Positions 9,650-19,316 of a DNA stretch of 44,094 nt are shown here, in pieces (within the stretch, counting starts at the first letter, position 1; every line of letters begins with the position of its first letter). The stretch covers positions 1-44,094 of the forward strand of contig JBKPMZ010000058.1 in the NCBI GenBank assembly GCA_046732415.1, given 5' to 3'. The notes under the pieces are model-generated. The model ran no database searches and was not told the origin of the DNA. It saw nothing but the letters and a program-made list of their open reading frames with translations. The position numbers and the translations under genes were made by a program. The stretch comes from Vulcanimicrobiota bacterium (GTDB lineage: Bacteria; Vulcanimicrobiota; Vulcanimicrobiia; Vulcanimicrobiales; Vulcanimicrobiaceae).

Positions 9650-10039
9650 ATGGACTTGGTGATACTGCGCTCGCGCGCGGTGTGGGAGCCGAACGCCGAC
9701 GTCGTCATTGACGACGAAACGCGCTCGCTCGTCGTGCGCGTCGAATTGGCGGGCGCCGACAGTGAGAGCTTGCGTGTGTTCGTGGACGAACGGGATCTCT
9801 TTATTTCCGGGCGGCGCGCCGACACGGCGCGGCTGCGTCGCGGATCGTTTTTGCAAAAAGAGATCGCCGACGGCGAGTTCGTCAAAAAAATTGCGCTGCC
9901 CGTGGGCGTGCAGTACGGCGAGGTGACCGCCACCTATGCCGACGGCATGCTGACTATCGCGCTGCCCGTTGCGGCGCCGGAGTATCTGCCGGCGAGCCGC
10001 ACCGAAATTCGTATGATTGTAAAGAGGATTCTCGCGTAG
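9650..10039 (+). CDS. Hsp20/alpha-crystallin family small heat-shock protein
   Basis: Alpha-crystallin domain pattern ..VVRVELAGADSESLRVFVDERDLFISGRR...GEFVKKIALPVGV...ATYADGMLTIALP. Confidence 0.85.
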   Translation: MDLVILRSRAVWEPNADVVIDDETRSLVVRVELAGADSESLRVFVDERDLFISGRRADTARLRRGSFLQKEIADGEFVKKIALPVGVQYGEVTATYADGMLTIALPVAAPEYLPASRTEIRMIVKRILA

Positions 10040-10040
10040 A

Positions 10041-12506
10041 ATGACCGCGCACGAGCAACAGATCTCACCCGTCGTCCCCGCCAGCCTGGTCGGCATTCTG
10101 CCGCTTCAGGACGCGGTGCTGTTTCCCAACACCGTCATCCCGCTCGCGGTCGTCAAAAAACCCGGCATTCAACTGGTCGAAGAGGCGCTGCGCGAAGGCA
10201 AGCCCATCGGCCTGACCGTGCTCAAGGATCGCGAGATCGAAAATCCGGGCCCGAAAGACGTGCACCGCATCGGCACGATCGGTACCGTGCAGAAGATGCT
10301 CAAGGTGCCGGACGGTACGCTTCGCTGCATCGTCGCCGGCCAGCAAGTGTTCAAAATCGAAGAGTTCACGCAGACCGATCCGTACATGGTCGCCGCGTAC
10401 ACCGAACTGCCCGACGTCACGCAGCAGACGGAAGAACTCGTCGCGATGCAGCGCAATCTCGCGGGACTATTCCAGAAACTGCTCGGCTATTTGCCGCAAG
10501 CGCCGCGCGAAATGGAGATGGAAGTCCAGAACATCACGGACCCCAATCTCCTGTCGTACTTCGTTGCCTCGACGATGCGCTTGGAAACGGCGGATCGCCA
10601 AGCGCTGCTGGAAGAACGCAGCACGATGAAGCGCATGCGCAAACTCACCATGCTGCTCACCAAAGAACTGGAAGTGGTCGAACTGGGGCACAAGATCCAG
10701 TCCGACATCCAGCGCGAGATGGAGAAAAACCAGCGCGAATTCTATCTGCGCCAGCAACTGCGTGCGATTCAGGAAGAACTCGGCGAAGTCGACCCGCAGC
10801 AGGCCGAAACGAACGAACTGCGCCAGAAAATCGAAGAAGCGCAGATGCCCGAAGATGTGCGCAAGGCAGCGGATCGCGAACTGGATCGCCTCTCGAAAGT
10901 GCCGCAGGCAAGCCCTGAATACAGCGTTATCCGCACGTATTTGGATTGGCTCGTGCAGCTGCCGTGGGGCAAGGAAACTTCAGATCATTTGGACATCGCG
11001 CAAGCGCGCAAGATTCTCGACGAAGATCACTACGATCTCGAAAAAATCAAAGACCGCATTATCGAATATCTTGCGGTCGGAAAACTGAAAAACCGGCTCA
11101 CGGGTCCGATTCTGTGCTTCGTCGGTCCGCCGGGCGTGGGCAAAACCTCGCTCGGGCAATCGATTGCGCGCGCCATGGGCCGCAAGTTCGTGCGGTTGTC
11201 CGTGGGCGGCGTTCGCGACGAGGCCGAAATTCGCGGTCACCGGCGCACGTACATCGGGTCGATGCCCGGTACGATCCTCCGCGCGATCCGCGACGCGGGC
11301 ACGCGCAACCCCGTGATGATGATCGACGAGATCGACAAAGTCGGTGCGGATTTCCGCGGCGACCCGCAATCGGCGCTGCTCGAAGTGCTCGATCCGGAGC
11401 AGAACAACACGTTCCGCGATCACTATCTCGATCTGCCGTTCGATCTCTCGCAAGTCCTGTTCGTGTGCACGGCCAATACGCTCGACACGATCAGCGGGCC
11501 GCTGCGCGACCGCATGGAGATCATCCAACTCTCCGGCTACACCGAACTCGAGAAAGTGCAGATCGCCAAACGCTACTTGATTCCGAAGCAGCGCAAGGCC
11601 AACGGCTTGAAGGAAACGCAAGCGCAGATCAACGACGCCGCGCTGCGCCTCGTGATTTCCGACTATACGCGGGAAGCCGGCGTACGCAATCTGGAGCGTG
11701 AGATCGGTACGGTGTTCCGCAAGATCGCGCGGCAGATTGCGGAGAAACCGCGCTATAAAGGCCGCGTGAAACCGGAAAATCTGCACGAATTCCTGAGCAA
11801 GCCGCGGTTCTACAGCGAAGTGAAGAAACGCGTCGCCTCGGTCGGCGTGTCGACCGGCATGTTCTGGACACCCGTCGGCGGCGACATTCTCTTCATCGAA
11901 ACGACCGTGATGCCGGGCACCGGTAAACTGGTGTTGACCGGGCAACTCGGCGACGTGATGAAGGAAAGCGCGCAGGCCGCGGTTTCGTTCTTGCGCTCGC
12001 GTTCGGGAGAACTCGGTTTACCGGAAGACTACTTCGCCAAGCACGATCTGCACATCCACGTGCCGGCCGGTGCGACGCCGAAAGACGGACCGTCCGCGGG
12101 CATCGCGCTCGCAACGGCGATTACCTCGCTGCTCACCGGCCTCAAGGTGGATCCGGACGTCGCCATGACGGGCGAGATCACGCTGACCGGACAAGTGCTG
12201 CCCATCGGCGGATTGAAAGAAAAAGTGCTCGGCGCAAAGCGCGCGGGCATCAAGAAAGTCATTCTGCCCAAGCGCAACGAGATCGACATCGAGGACATTC
12301 CGAAAGAAGTACGCGATACGATGACGTTCGTGGCGGTGGAAGAACTTTCCGAAGTGCTGTATCACGCGCTCGGCAAACGCATCATCACGCCCGTCGAACT
12401 GGGCGAAGGCGGCCGGGCGAACAACGTCGTGCCGATGCGCCGCCGCAACGGGATCGCCAAACGCGTGCGCGTCACCGAACGCAAGCGCTCCCGCACCCGC
12501 CGGTAA
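10041..12506 (+). CDS. lon: ATP-dependent Lon protease
   Basis: 821 aa with Walker A GPPGVGKTS and protease motif KDGPSAGIA. It starts 1 nt after the hsp20 stop. Confidence 0.97.
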   Translation: MTAHEQQISPVVPASLVGILPLQDAVLFPNTVIPLAVVKKPGIQLVEEALREGKPIGLTVLKDREIENPGPKDVHRIGTIGTVQKMLKVPDGTLRCIVAGQQVFKIEEFTQTDPYMVAAYTELPDVTQQTEELVAMQRNLAGLFQKLLGYLPQAPREMEMEVQNITDPNLLSYFVASTMRLETADRQALLEERSTMKRMRKLTMLLTKELEVVELGHKIQSDIQREMEKNQREFYLRQQLRAIQEELGEVDPQQAETNELRQKIEEAQMPEDVRKAADRELDRLSKVPQASPEYSVIRTYLDWLVQLPWGKETSDHLDIAQARKILDEDHYDLEKIKDRIIEYLAVGKLKNRLTGPILCFVGPPGVGKTSLGQSIARAMGRKFVRLSVGGVRDEAEIRGHRRTYIGSMPGTILRAIRDAGTRNPVMMIDEIDKVGADFRGDPQSALLEVLDPEQNNTFRDHYLDLPFDLSQVLFVCTANTLDTISGPLRDRMEIIQLSGYTELEKVQIAKRYLIPKQRKANGLKETQAQINDAALRLVISDYTREAGVRNLEREIGTVFRKIARQIAEKPRYKGRVKPENLHEFLSKPRFYSEVKKRVASVGVSTGMFWTPVGGDILFIETTVMPGTGKLVLTGQLGDVMKESAQAAVSFLRSRSGELGLPEDYFAKHDLHIHVPAGATPKDGPSAGIALATAITSLLTGLKVDPDVAMTGEITLTGQVLPIGGLKEKVLGAKRAGIKKVILPKRNEIDIEDIPKEVRDTMTFVAVEELSEVLYHALGKRIITPVELGEGGRANNVVPMRRRNGIAKRVRVTERKRSRTRR

Positions 12507-12594
12507 CGCAGCGTATGTCACCCCTCAGCATGACACGCTTGTTGACGCTCGGTCCAGGTATACGGCTAGCGCTCGCAAAACGTGCCGTACAGGA

Positions 12595-13773
12595 ATGGCT
12601 GACGGACGCGTATTGATCTCAGGCGGCGGTATTGCCGGCCTCACGCTGGCATACTGGCTGCGGCGAAACGGCATGACGCCCCTGGTGATCGAACGAGCGC
12701 CGCATTTACGTACCGGCGGTTATGCAATTGACTTCGCCGGAACGGGTTTTGACGTTGTCGACCGCATGGGCATCCTGTCGGCGCTCCAGCGCAATCAGGT
12801 ACCGGTGGACGAAGTGCTTTACGTCGATTCCAAAGGGCGCCGCGTCGCAGCGCTCTCGATGGAACGGATGCGCCAACTCGTCGTGGGCGGCCGCTATTTG
12901 GCGCTGGCGCATCGAACCCTTGAAAGCACGTTGTACGACACCGTCAAGGACGACGTCGAGATTCGCTTCGGTACCTCCGTTGATGCGATGCAGCAGGACG
13001 AAAACGGCGTGCACGTGCGCCTGAGCGACGGCTCGGATGAAACGTTTTCGCTCGCCTTCGGAGCAGACGGCATCCACTCGAGGCTGCGCGAGCTCCTTGT
13101 TGGTCCCGAAGCGCAGTTCCGGCAATTCATGGGCTACGCGATCGCCAGCTATCAGGTTCCCAACGCGTACGGGACCGATCGTACGTGGGTGATGAACGTG
13201 GAGCCCGGCCGCATTGCTGCGGTTTACGCGAGCGACGATCCGAATAGCGTCTTCGCGTTCCTCATGTGGAGATGCGCGAGCGCCGACCACGTAGCGCGCG
13301 AAGACCGGATTGCCCAGCTCCATCGCGCATTCGATGGAATGGGTTGGATCGCGGCCGACTTGCTCGCCCAGGCCGAAAGCGCCAGCGACATCTTCATGGA
13401 TATCGTCGCGCAGATCAAGATGCCGTCATGGAATATCGGCCGCACCGCGTTCGTCGGCGACGCTTGCGCCTGCCCGACGCTTGCGTCCGGCCAGGGTGCC
13501 TCGCTGGCAATGGGCGGCGCGTATATTCTTGCCGAGTCCCTGCGCGAGTGCGGCGGCGACTACGCCGCGGCGTTCGCGCGCTATGAAAACCGCACGCGGC
13601 CGTACGTAGAAGAACAACAAAAGGCGGCACGTTCATTTATGAAGCAGTTGATTCCGGGAACGCCGGCGGGAGTCGCACTGCAACGCCTGGTCATGCGCAT
13701 TCTGTTCCGCGAGCCCTTCGTCACGTTGTTTCGCAAGCAATTCAACGTGCGCAGCCTGCTCGCGACCGGTTAA
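12595..13773 (+). CDS. FAD-dependent monooxygenase (aromatic-ring hydroxylase family)
   Basis: N-terminal dinucleotide fold VLISGGGIAGLTLAYWLRRNG and later GADGIHSRLR and FVGDACACPTLASGQGASLAM motifs. Confidence 0.85.
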   Translation: MADGRVLISGGGIAGLTLAYWLRRNGMTPLVIERAPHLRTGGYAIDFAGTGFDVVDRMGILSALQRNQVPVDEVLYVDSKGRRVAALSMERMRQLVVGGRYLALAHRTLESTLYDTVKDDVEIRFGTSVDAMQQDENGVHVRLSDGSDETFSLAFGADGIHSRLRELLVGPEAQFRQFMGYAIASYQVPNAYGTDRTWVMNVEPGRIAAVYASDDPNSVFAFLMWRCASADHVAREDRIAQLHRAFDGMGWIAADLLAQAESASDIFMDIVAQIKMPSWNIGRTAFVGDACACPTLASGQGASLAMGGAYILAESLRECGGDYAAAFARYENRTRPYVEEQQKAARSFMKQLIPGTPAGVALQRLVMRILFREPFVTLFRKQFNVRSLLATG

Positions 13774-14321
13774 CCAGTCAAAATCGCGTCGTACGTCGAC
13801 GTCATTTCGAAACAGCGGTTCGCGCGTTCGTCGAAGCCGTGAAAGCGTTCGATGGGGTGCGCGTATACATGCAGCGTTACGGTTTCGCAATCGCGCGCCA
13901 TACAGCGATGCAAATGGACGTCGTCTTGCCGGTAGTCGATCGCGCCGGGCGTGAGTTCTTCGCGCCCCTCGAGCGCGATTGCGGCGTAACCCGGCGTGTC
14001 GCCGGTATCCGTGCGCAGATAGTTCTCGACGCCCATAGCGCCGCGTGCGACACTGAGCCAGCAGAGGGCGCCGCCGTGATCGTGAATCGTGCTCACACAG
14101 TTCGGCTTCCAATGCAGCGCAAGAACCTCGAACACGTCGTTCTTGAACAGCAGCGTGCGCGTGTAGTTGCGGTGCGGATCGCAGGCCGCGGGGCGCGGGA
14201 TTGATGCCGCCGCATCGGTTGACGCTCGCAGCCACTGGACGATTTCCCCGGTCGTGCCTTGTCCTTCCCGCACGCGCCGCAGAGACTCGGCCAGTTGAAC
14301 GATCGGCTCGCGCGCAATCAT
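13770..14321 (-). CDS. cysteine dioxygenase type I-like cupin protein
   Basis: Cupin metal motif ..STIHDHGGALCWLSV.. with a downstream ..VHLHRC.. His. Its ATG overlaps the AKR stop (ATGA). Confidence 0.65.
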   Translation of the reverse strand: MIAREPIVQLAESLRRVREGQGTTGEIVQWLRASTDAAASIPRPAACDPHRNYTRTLLFKNDVFEVLALHWKPNCVSTIHDHGGALCWLSVARGAMGVENYLRTDTGDTPGYAAIALEGREELTPGAIDYRQDDVHLHRCMARDCETVTLHVYAHPIERFHGFDERANRCFEMTSTYDAILTG

Positions 14322-15304
14322 CAGGCGGTAGCCTTCGGCGCTGGATAGCGATCGCCCACCGGGGCCGGCAGCAAATTGAGTTCGTCCATGTCGGCGCGGC
14401 TCAAACGTACGGCCGCGGCACCGGCGTTTTCCCGCAGATGCTCCACGTGCGTCGTTCCGGGAATCGGAATGACGTTCGGGGCTTTCGCGAGCAGCCAGGC
14501 AAGCGCGACTTGCCCCGCGCTCGCACCGGCGCGTTCGGCGATTGCTTCGATGCGCGCGACGATCGCGCGATTGTGATCGAACGTTTCTTGCTGATAGCGC
14601 GGAAGCGTCGCGCGAAAGTCATCCGCGCCGATGTCGGATCGGCGCAAACGTCCGGTCAACATCCCGCGCCCGAGCGGTGAGTACGCCAACAGTGTGACGT
14701 TGTGTTCCAGGCACCATGGCAGAATGTGTGCTTCGACGTTGCGTTCGAACAGCGAGTATTCGGATTGCAGCGTCGCGATCGGGTGCACGCGCATCGCGCG
14801 TTCGAGCGTTGGCACGTCGACTTCGGAAAGACCGATCGCCCGTACTTTACCTGCGTGTACGAGTTCCGCCATCGCGCCGACGCTTTCTTCCACCGGAACG
14901 TTCGGATCGACGCGGTGCAGTTGGTAGAGATCGATCACGTCCACGCGCAGCCGCTCGAGCGATGCGTCGCACGCCGCGCGAATGTGCTGCGGCGAACCGT
15001 TGCGCGTGAGATTGTACTGGCTGCGCTCGCCTTCAACCACAATGCCGCACTTGGTTGCGATGGTGAGTTCGGCACGCCGCCCGGAGAGTGCTTCGCCGAC
15101 GAGTTCTTCGTTGGTGAACGGTCCGTACATATCGGCCGTGTCGAACAGCGTAATGCCAAGGTCCGCTGCCGTGTTGAGCACGCCGGCGCCGTTGCGCGTA
15201 TCCGGCTGCGACATGGCCGAAGCATAGGCCCACGTCAATCCCATACAGCCGTAGCCTATTTCGGAAACGCTCATCCCCGACGAGCCGAGAACGCGGTCTT
15301 GCAC
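14321..15304 (-). CDS. aldo/keto reductase
   Basis: N-terminus (GTG)QDRVLGSSGMSVSEIGYGCMGL, DTADMYG, and C-terminal IPIPGTTHVEHLRENA. Confidence 0.9.
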   Translation of the reverse strand: MQDRVLGSSGMSVSEIGYGCMGLTWAYASAMSQPDTRNGAGVLNTAADLGITLFDTADMYGPFTNEELVGEALSGRRAELTIATKCGIVVEGERSQYNLTRNGSPQHIRAACDASLERLRVDVIDLYQLHRVDPNVPVEESVGAMAELVHAGKVRAIGLSEVDVPTLERAMRVHPIATLQSEYSLFERNVEAHILPWCLEHNVTLLAYSPLGRGMLTGRLRRSDIGADDFRATLPRYQQETFDHNRAIVARIEAIAERAGASAGQVALAWLLAKAPNVIPIPGTTHVEHLRENAGAAAVRLSRADMDELNLLPAPVGDRYPAPKATA

Positions 15305-16761
15305 TACCTCAATCCTCTGTAGCGGCTGGCGAGCAGGTCAAAGGCGCGTAATTGTTCCTTTTCCCATGCCGTGCCGCGACCCAACCTGCGCGCCAGCGCA
15401 AACGCGACCGCAGGCGCTTGGTCGCGTGCCGCTTTTGCGTCCACGAAGAGCGCACGCGTGCGGCGCGCCAGCACGTCCTCCACGGTGCGCGCCATCTCTT
15501 CGTCCGCTGCCAAGGTCACGCGCCCCTCCAGAGATACCAGCAACGGTACTTCGTACGGCCGTAGCGCTATCGTCTGCGTGCTGCATTGCACGGGCGTGAG
15601 CCGCGCGTAGGACGCCGCCGCGTCGACCGCGTCCTGCGCCATCTTTCGGTACGTCGTCCACTTTCCGCCGGTAACGGTGACGAGGCCGCGCGGTGACACG
15701 TCGATGACATGCTCGCGTGAAAGCCGCGCAGTCGCAGCCGCGCTGCGTTTCACCAGCGGACGCAGCCCGGCCCATGCGGAAAGAACGTCGTTTTCCGAAA
15801 CGGGCCGCTGCAGATAACGATTGAGCGTTGAAATGATGAAGCCGATCTCCGCGTCGCTGGCGCGCGGTTCGAATTCCGCATGCTCCGTCGCGATCTCCGT
15901 CGTACCGACAAGCGTGTGATCGTTCCATGGAATCGCGAAAAGCACGCGTCCGTCGGGCGTGCGCGGTACGAGCAGCGCCGTGGATGCCTCGCCGAGCACC
16001 GACGACGAAAGGACGATGTGCGATCCGCGGCTGAACGTGAGCAGCGGCTGCGCACCGGGATCGGCCATGCGCCGTATGCCGTCGGCGAAAATGCCGCACG
16101 CGTTGATGACGGCGCGAGCCGAAATCGTGAACCGCTCACCGCTCTCCGTATCCGTCGCAATGATACCCGTGACGCGATTGGCGTCTAGCACGAGCGCCTC
16201 CGCGCGCACGTAGTTCGCAAGCGCGGCCCCGTGATCGGTTGCGGTGCGCGCCAGCGCGAGCGCCAGGCGCGCATCGTCGAATTGTGCGTCGGTATACATG
16301 ACCGCGGCGCGCATGCGCGTGAGGTTCAACGTGGGAATATGCGTGCGCGCCGTGCGCGGCGAGATCAAACGGCTCGGCGAAAAAGGCGATGCGCCGGCGA
16401 GTACGTCGTATGCTTTCAATCCCGACGAGTACAGCATGAGGTCGAGCGTGCCGTACGCCGGTACGATGAACGGGAGCTCCTGCACGATGTCGGGCGCGTT
16501 GCGCAGCAGCACTGTTCGTTCGTGCAGCGCCTCGCGCACGAGCGCGATATTGCCCTGGCGTAAATAGCGCACGCCGCCGTGGATGAGTTTGGTCGACCGG
16601 CTGGACGTGCCTTTTGCAAAATCCCACGCTTCGATGAGCGCGGTGCGGTAGCCGCGCGCGGCCGAATCAAGCGCCGCGCCAAGCCCCGTCGCGCCGCCGC
16701 CGATAATTGCTACGTCGAACGATTCGCCGCGTAAGCGTTCCAGCGAGCGTTCGCGGTTCAC
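15304..16761 (-). CDS. glpD: FAD-dependent glycerol-3-phosphate dehydrogenase
   Basis: [36 protein letters not shown]. Preferred start is GTG 16761, which overlaps the glpK TGA (GTGA). In-frame ATG 16785 is the alternative. Confidence 0.85.
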   Translation of the reverse strand: MNRERSLERLRGESFDVAIIGGGATGLGAALDSAARGYRTALIEAWDFAKGTSSRSTKLIHGGVRYLRQGNIALVREALHERTVLLRNAPDIVQELPFIVPAYGTLDLMLYSSGLKAYDVLAGASPFSPSRLISPRTARTHIPTLNLTRMRAAVMYTDAQFDDARLALALARTATDHGAALANYVRAEALVLDANRVTGIIATDTESGERFTISARAVINACGIFADGIRRMADPGAQPLLTFSRGSHIVLSSSVLGEASTALLVPRTPDGRVLFAIPWNDHTLVGTTEIATEHAEFEPRASDAEIGFIISTLNRYLQRPVSENDVLSAWAGLRPLVKRSAAATARLSREHVIDVSPRGLVTVTGGKWTTYRKMAQDAVDAAASYARLTPVQCSTQTIALRPYEVPLLVSLEGRVTLAADEEMARTVEDVLARRTRALFVDAKAARDQAPAVAFALARRLGRGTAWEKEQLRAFDLLASRYRGLR

Positions 16762-18245
16762 GGCTGCGCCCAGCCGCGCGCACATTGCACGGCATGGTGC
16801 CAATCGTGCAGCAGCCGGCCGCGCTGCACGCCGTCCATCGCGGGCGTAAAGCACATGTCTTGCCGCCAGTGCGTGCGAATCGCGTCGATACTGCTCCAGT
16901 AACCGCTCTGTAATCCCGCGAGATACGCCGCGCCGAGCGCGGTCGTTTCAACGACCGCCGGACGCACCACCGGAACGTCGAGAATATCGGCTTGAAACTG
17001 CATGGCGAGCGCGTTGCGCGAAGCGCCGCCGTCCACGCGCAGCTCGTGCAGCAAGAGCGCCGAATCGCGCTGCATCGCAGCGATGACGTCCGCTGACTGA
17101 TACGCCATTGCTTCAAGCGCTGCGCGGGCAATGTGAGCGCGCGTCGTGCCCCGCGTCATCCCGACGATCGTTCCGCGCGCGTACGGATCCCAGTACGGCG
17201 CGCCCATTCCGGCAAACGCGGGCACGAAGTAGACGCCGCCGTTGTCCGCCGCTTCGCGTGCAAGCGCTTCTACCTGCGAGGAGTCGGAAACGATCTGGAG
17301 ACCGTCGCGCAGCCATTGCACCGCCGCACCGGTGATGAACACGGAGCCCTCGAGTGCATACGTCGCGGCGCCGGGTGCAAATGCGTAGGCAATTGTGGAG
17401 AGCAACCCTTCTTTGCTGCGCACGACGCGATCGCCGGTATTGAGCATCAGGAACGATCCGGTGCCGTACGTGTTTTTTGCAATGCCCTCATCGAAGCCGG
17501 CTTGTCCCAGCAGCGCCGCCTGCTGATCGCCCGCCACACCGGCTATGCGGATTGCATCGCCGAACAGTGTGGTCGTCCCGAAATCGCCGGTGCACGGTAA
17601 AACTTCCGGAAGGACGCTCTGCGGTATGTCGAACGCGCGCAGCAACTCCGGGCTCCATTGCAGCGCGTGAATGTCGAACAGCATCGTGCGCGATGCGTTG
17701 GTTACGTCGGTAACGTGCCGTTTGCCGCCGGTGAGTTTCCAAATGAGCCACGAGTCGACGGTGCCGAATGCGAGTTCACCGCGCGCCGCGCGTTCGCGCG
17801 CGCCGTCGAGACGGTCGAGCATCCACGCGAGTTTCGTCGCCGAAAAATACGGATCGAGCACCAGACCGGTACGTTGCGCGACAACGTCACCCAAGCGGCG
17901 TTCGCGAAGCGCCTCGCACTGCGCAGCGGTACGCCGGTCTTGCCACACGATGGCGTTGCACAGCGGCTCACCGCTTGCACGATCCCATAGCAGCGCCGTT
18001 TCACGTTGATTGGTGATGCCGATTGCGGCTACATCCTTCGCCGTAACGCCGGCGTCGCGCAGCGCTTGCGCGGCGGTGGCAAATTGCGAGTCCCACAAAT
18101 CGCGCGGATCGTGTTCCACCCAGCCGGGCTGCGGGAAGTGCTGCGGAAATTCGCGCTGTGCAAAGGCCAGCGCGTTCGCATGGTCGTCGAAGACGATAGC
18201 ACGCGAACTGGTCGTGCCTTGATCGAGCGCCAGAATAACGGCCAA
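16758..18245 (-). CDS. glpK: glycerol kinase
   Basis: (TTG)[15 protein letters not shown].. and FGGY-family motifs throughout. It starts 2 nt after the selD stop. Confidence 0.95.
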   Translation of the reverse strand: MAVILALDQGTTSSRAIVFDDHANALAFAQREFPQHFPQPGWVEHDPRDLWDSQFATAAQALRDAGVTAKDVAAIGITNQRETALLWDRASGEPLCNAIVWQDRRTAAQCEALRERRLGDVVAQRTGLVLDPYFSATKLAWMLDRLDGARERAARGELAFGTVDSWLIWKLTGGKRHVTDVTNASRTMLFDIHALQWSPELLRAFDIPQSVLPEVLPCTGDFGTTTLFGDAIRIAGVAGDQQAALLGQAGFDEGIAKNTYGTGSFLMLNTGDRVVRSKEGLLSTIAYAFAPGAATYALEGSVFITGAAVQWLRDGLQIVSDSSQVEALAREAADNGGVYFVPAFAGMGAPYWDPYARGTIVGMTRGTTRAHIARAALEAMAYQSADVIAAMQRDSALLLHELRVDGGASRNALAMQFQADILDVPVVRPAVVETTALGAAYLAGLQSGYWSSIDAIRTHWRQDMCFTPAMDGVQRGRLLHDWHHAVQCARGWAQP

Positions 18246-18247
18246 GT

Positions 18248-19300
18248 TTAGCTGACGGTGATGCCTTCGCCGCTGCGCACTTCGCCGATGACCGCACAGA
18301 GTGCATGCGCGTCCGCAAGCGCTTCGCGGAACAGCGGCAGGCGGTGCGCCGGCAGGCTTACCAGCAATCCGCCGGACGTCTGCGCGTCGGAAAGTGCGAG
18401 GCGAACGTTGTCCGGAACGGACTGCGCGAACGTCGTGAATTCGGCATGCACTTTGGCGTTGTCACGTGTGCCGCCGGGTACGACGTCGCGGTCGATCAGG
18501 TCGAGCACTCGGCTCATGACGGGCACGTCCTTGGCCGTCAGGTGCAGCGATACGCCGGAACCGCGCGCCATTTCGTGCGCATGTCCGAGCAAGCCGAAAC
18601 CGGTAATGTCGGTCGCCGCGTTCGCGTGCGCCGATTGCACGGCGGAACCGGCGCGGTCGTTGAGCGATGCCATCCAACCGATTGCTTCGCTCATCGTTTC
18701 CTCGGAAATTTCGCCGCGTTTGAGCGCGGTGGAGAGAATGCCCGTCCCGAGTGGCTTGGTAAGAACGAGAATGTCGCCGGGGCGGGCATTCGCGTTCGTA
18801 ACGATGCGCTGCGGGTGAATGGTTCCGACGACCGCCAAACCGTACTTGGGCTCGCTGTCTTTTATTGTGTGTCCGCCGAGGATCGCAACGCCGGCCTGGC
18901 GCGCGATTACGGCACCGCCTTCGAGAATGCGTCCGAGAATCGACGGATCGAGCGTATCCATTGGAAACGTCGCGATGTTGAGCGCGCTGATCGGCGTGCC
19001 GCCCATTGCGTACACGTCGGAAAGCGCATTTGCCGCCGCAATACGCCCAAAATCGTACGGATCGTCCACGATAGGCGTGAAGAAATCGACGGTTTGGACG
19101 AGCGCCAAATCGTCGCGCAGTTTGTAGACGCCCGCATCGTCGGCGGTGCCGTACCCGACGAGGACGTTTGCGTTCCCGGTAGGCGGCAAGTGGCGCAAGA
19201 CCTGCGCCAGATCGGCGGAGCCGACTTTACTTGCTCAACCCGCGCAGGATGAAAGTTCGGTCAGCCTGACGTTCTTTACCAGGGGGGCTTGCTTCGACAC
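18248..19300 (-). CDS. selD: selenide, water dikinase (selenophosphate synthetase), predicted selenoprotein with in-frame TGA at 19235..19237
   Basis: The ORF-track part (18248..19198) is clearly SelD (..[42 protein letters not shown]..). The same frame upstream reads [37 protein letters not shown], which is the SelD N-terminal catalytic loop with TGA at the Cys/Sec position. The start is uncertain: GTG 19300 or ATG 19339. Confidence 0.8.
19186..19234 (-). promoter_or_regulatory. SECIS-like stem-loop immediately 3' of the selD UGA
   Basis: On the mRNA, GCAAGU directly follows the UGA and can pair with ACUUGC at 19186..19191. The apical minihelix GGCGCAGGUCUUGCGCC (19192..19208) has a 6-bp stem and a GGUCU loop. 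Confidence 0.55.
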
Positions 19301-19316
19301 GTCGAAGCAAGCCCCC
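19283..19316. repeat. perfect 16-nt-arm palindrome with a 2-nt centre
   Basis: GGGGGCTTGCTTCGAC-AC-GTCGAAGCAAGCCCCC, read directly. It ends 1 nt before the aminotransferase GTG, and its centre contains the candidate selD GTG. Confidence 0.9.

Noticed and set aside
12559-12564. A third TATACG hexamer upstream of the FAD monooxygenase, considered as part of a recurring promoter motif
   Set aside because: It lies 30 nt from the ATG, unlike the 5-6 nt spacing at hsp20 and clpP. The hexamer lacks the conserved terminal T of a -10 element. Three occurrences are too few to call a motif.
16761-16854. Track start of glpD at 16854, which overlaps glpK by 97 nt
   Set aside because: The GxGxxG fold begins about 15 residues after GTG 16761, and that GTG forms a GTGA overlap with the glpK stop. 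The upstream extension is Arg/Ala-rich and has no counterpart in GlpD proteins.
19146-19316. Long N-terminal extension of the aminotransferase ORF, and the near-identical peptide (GACFD.SKQAP) encoded on both strands
   Set aside because: The mirrored peptide is a trivial consequence of the perfect palindrome at 19283..19316. The conserved aminotransferase N-terminus (KKNLLFIPGP) begins at GTG 19317. The extension would also run antisense through the selD 5' region.
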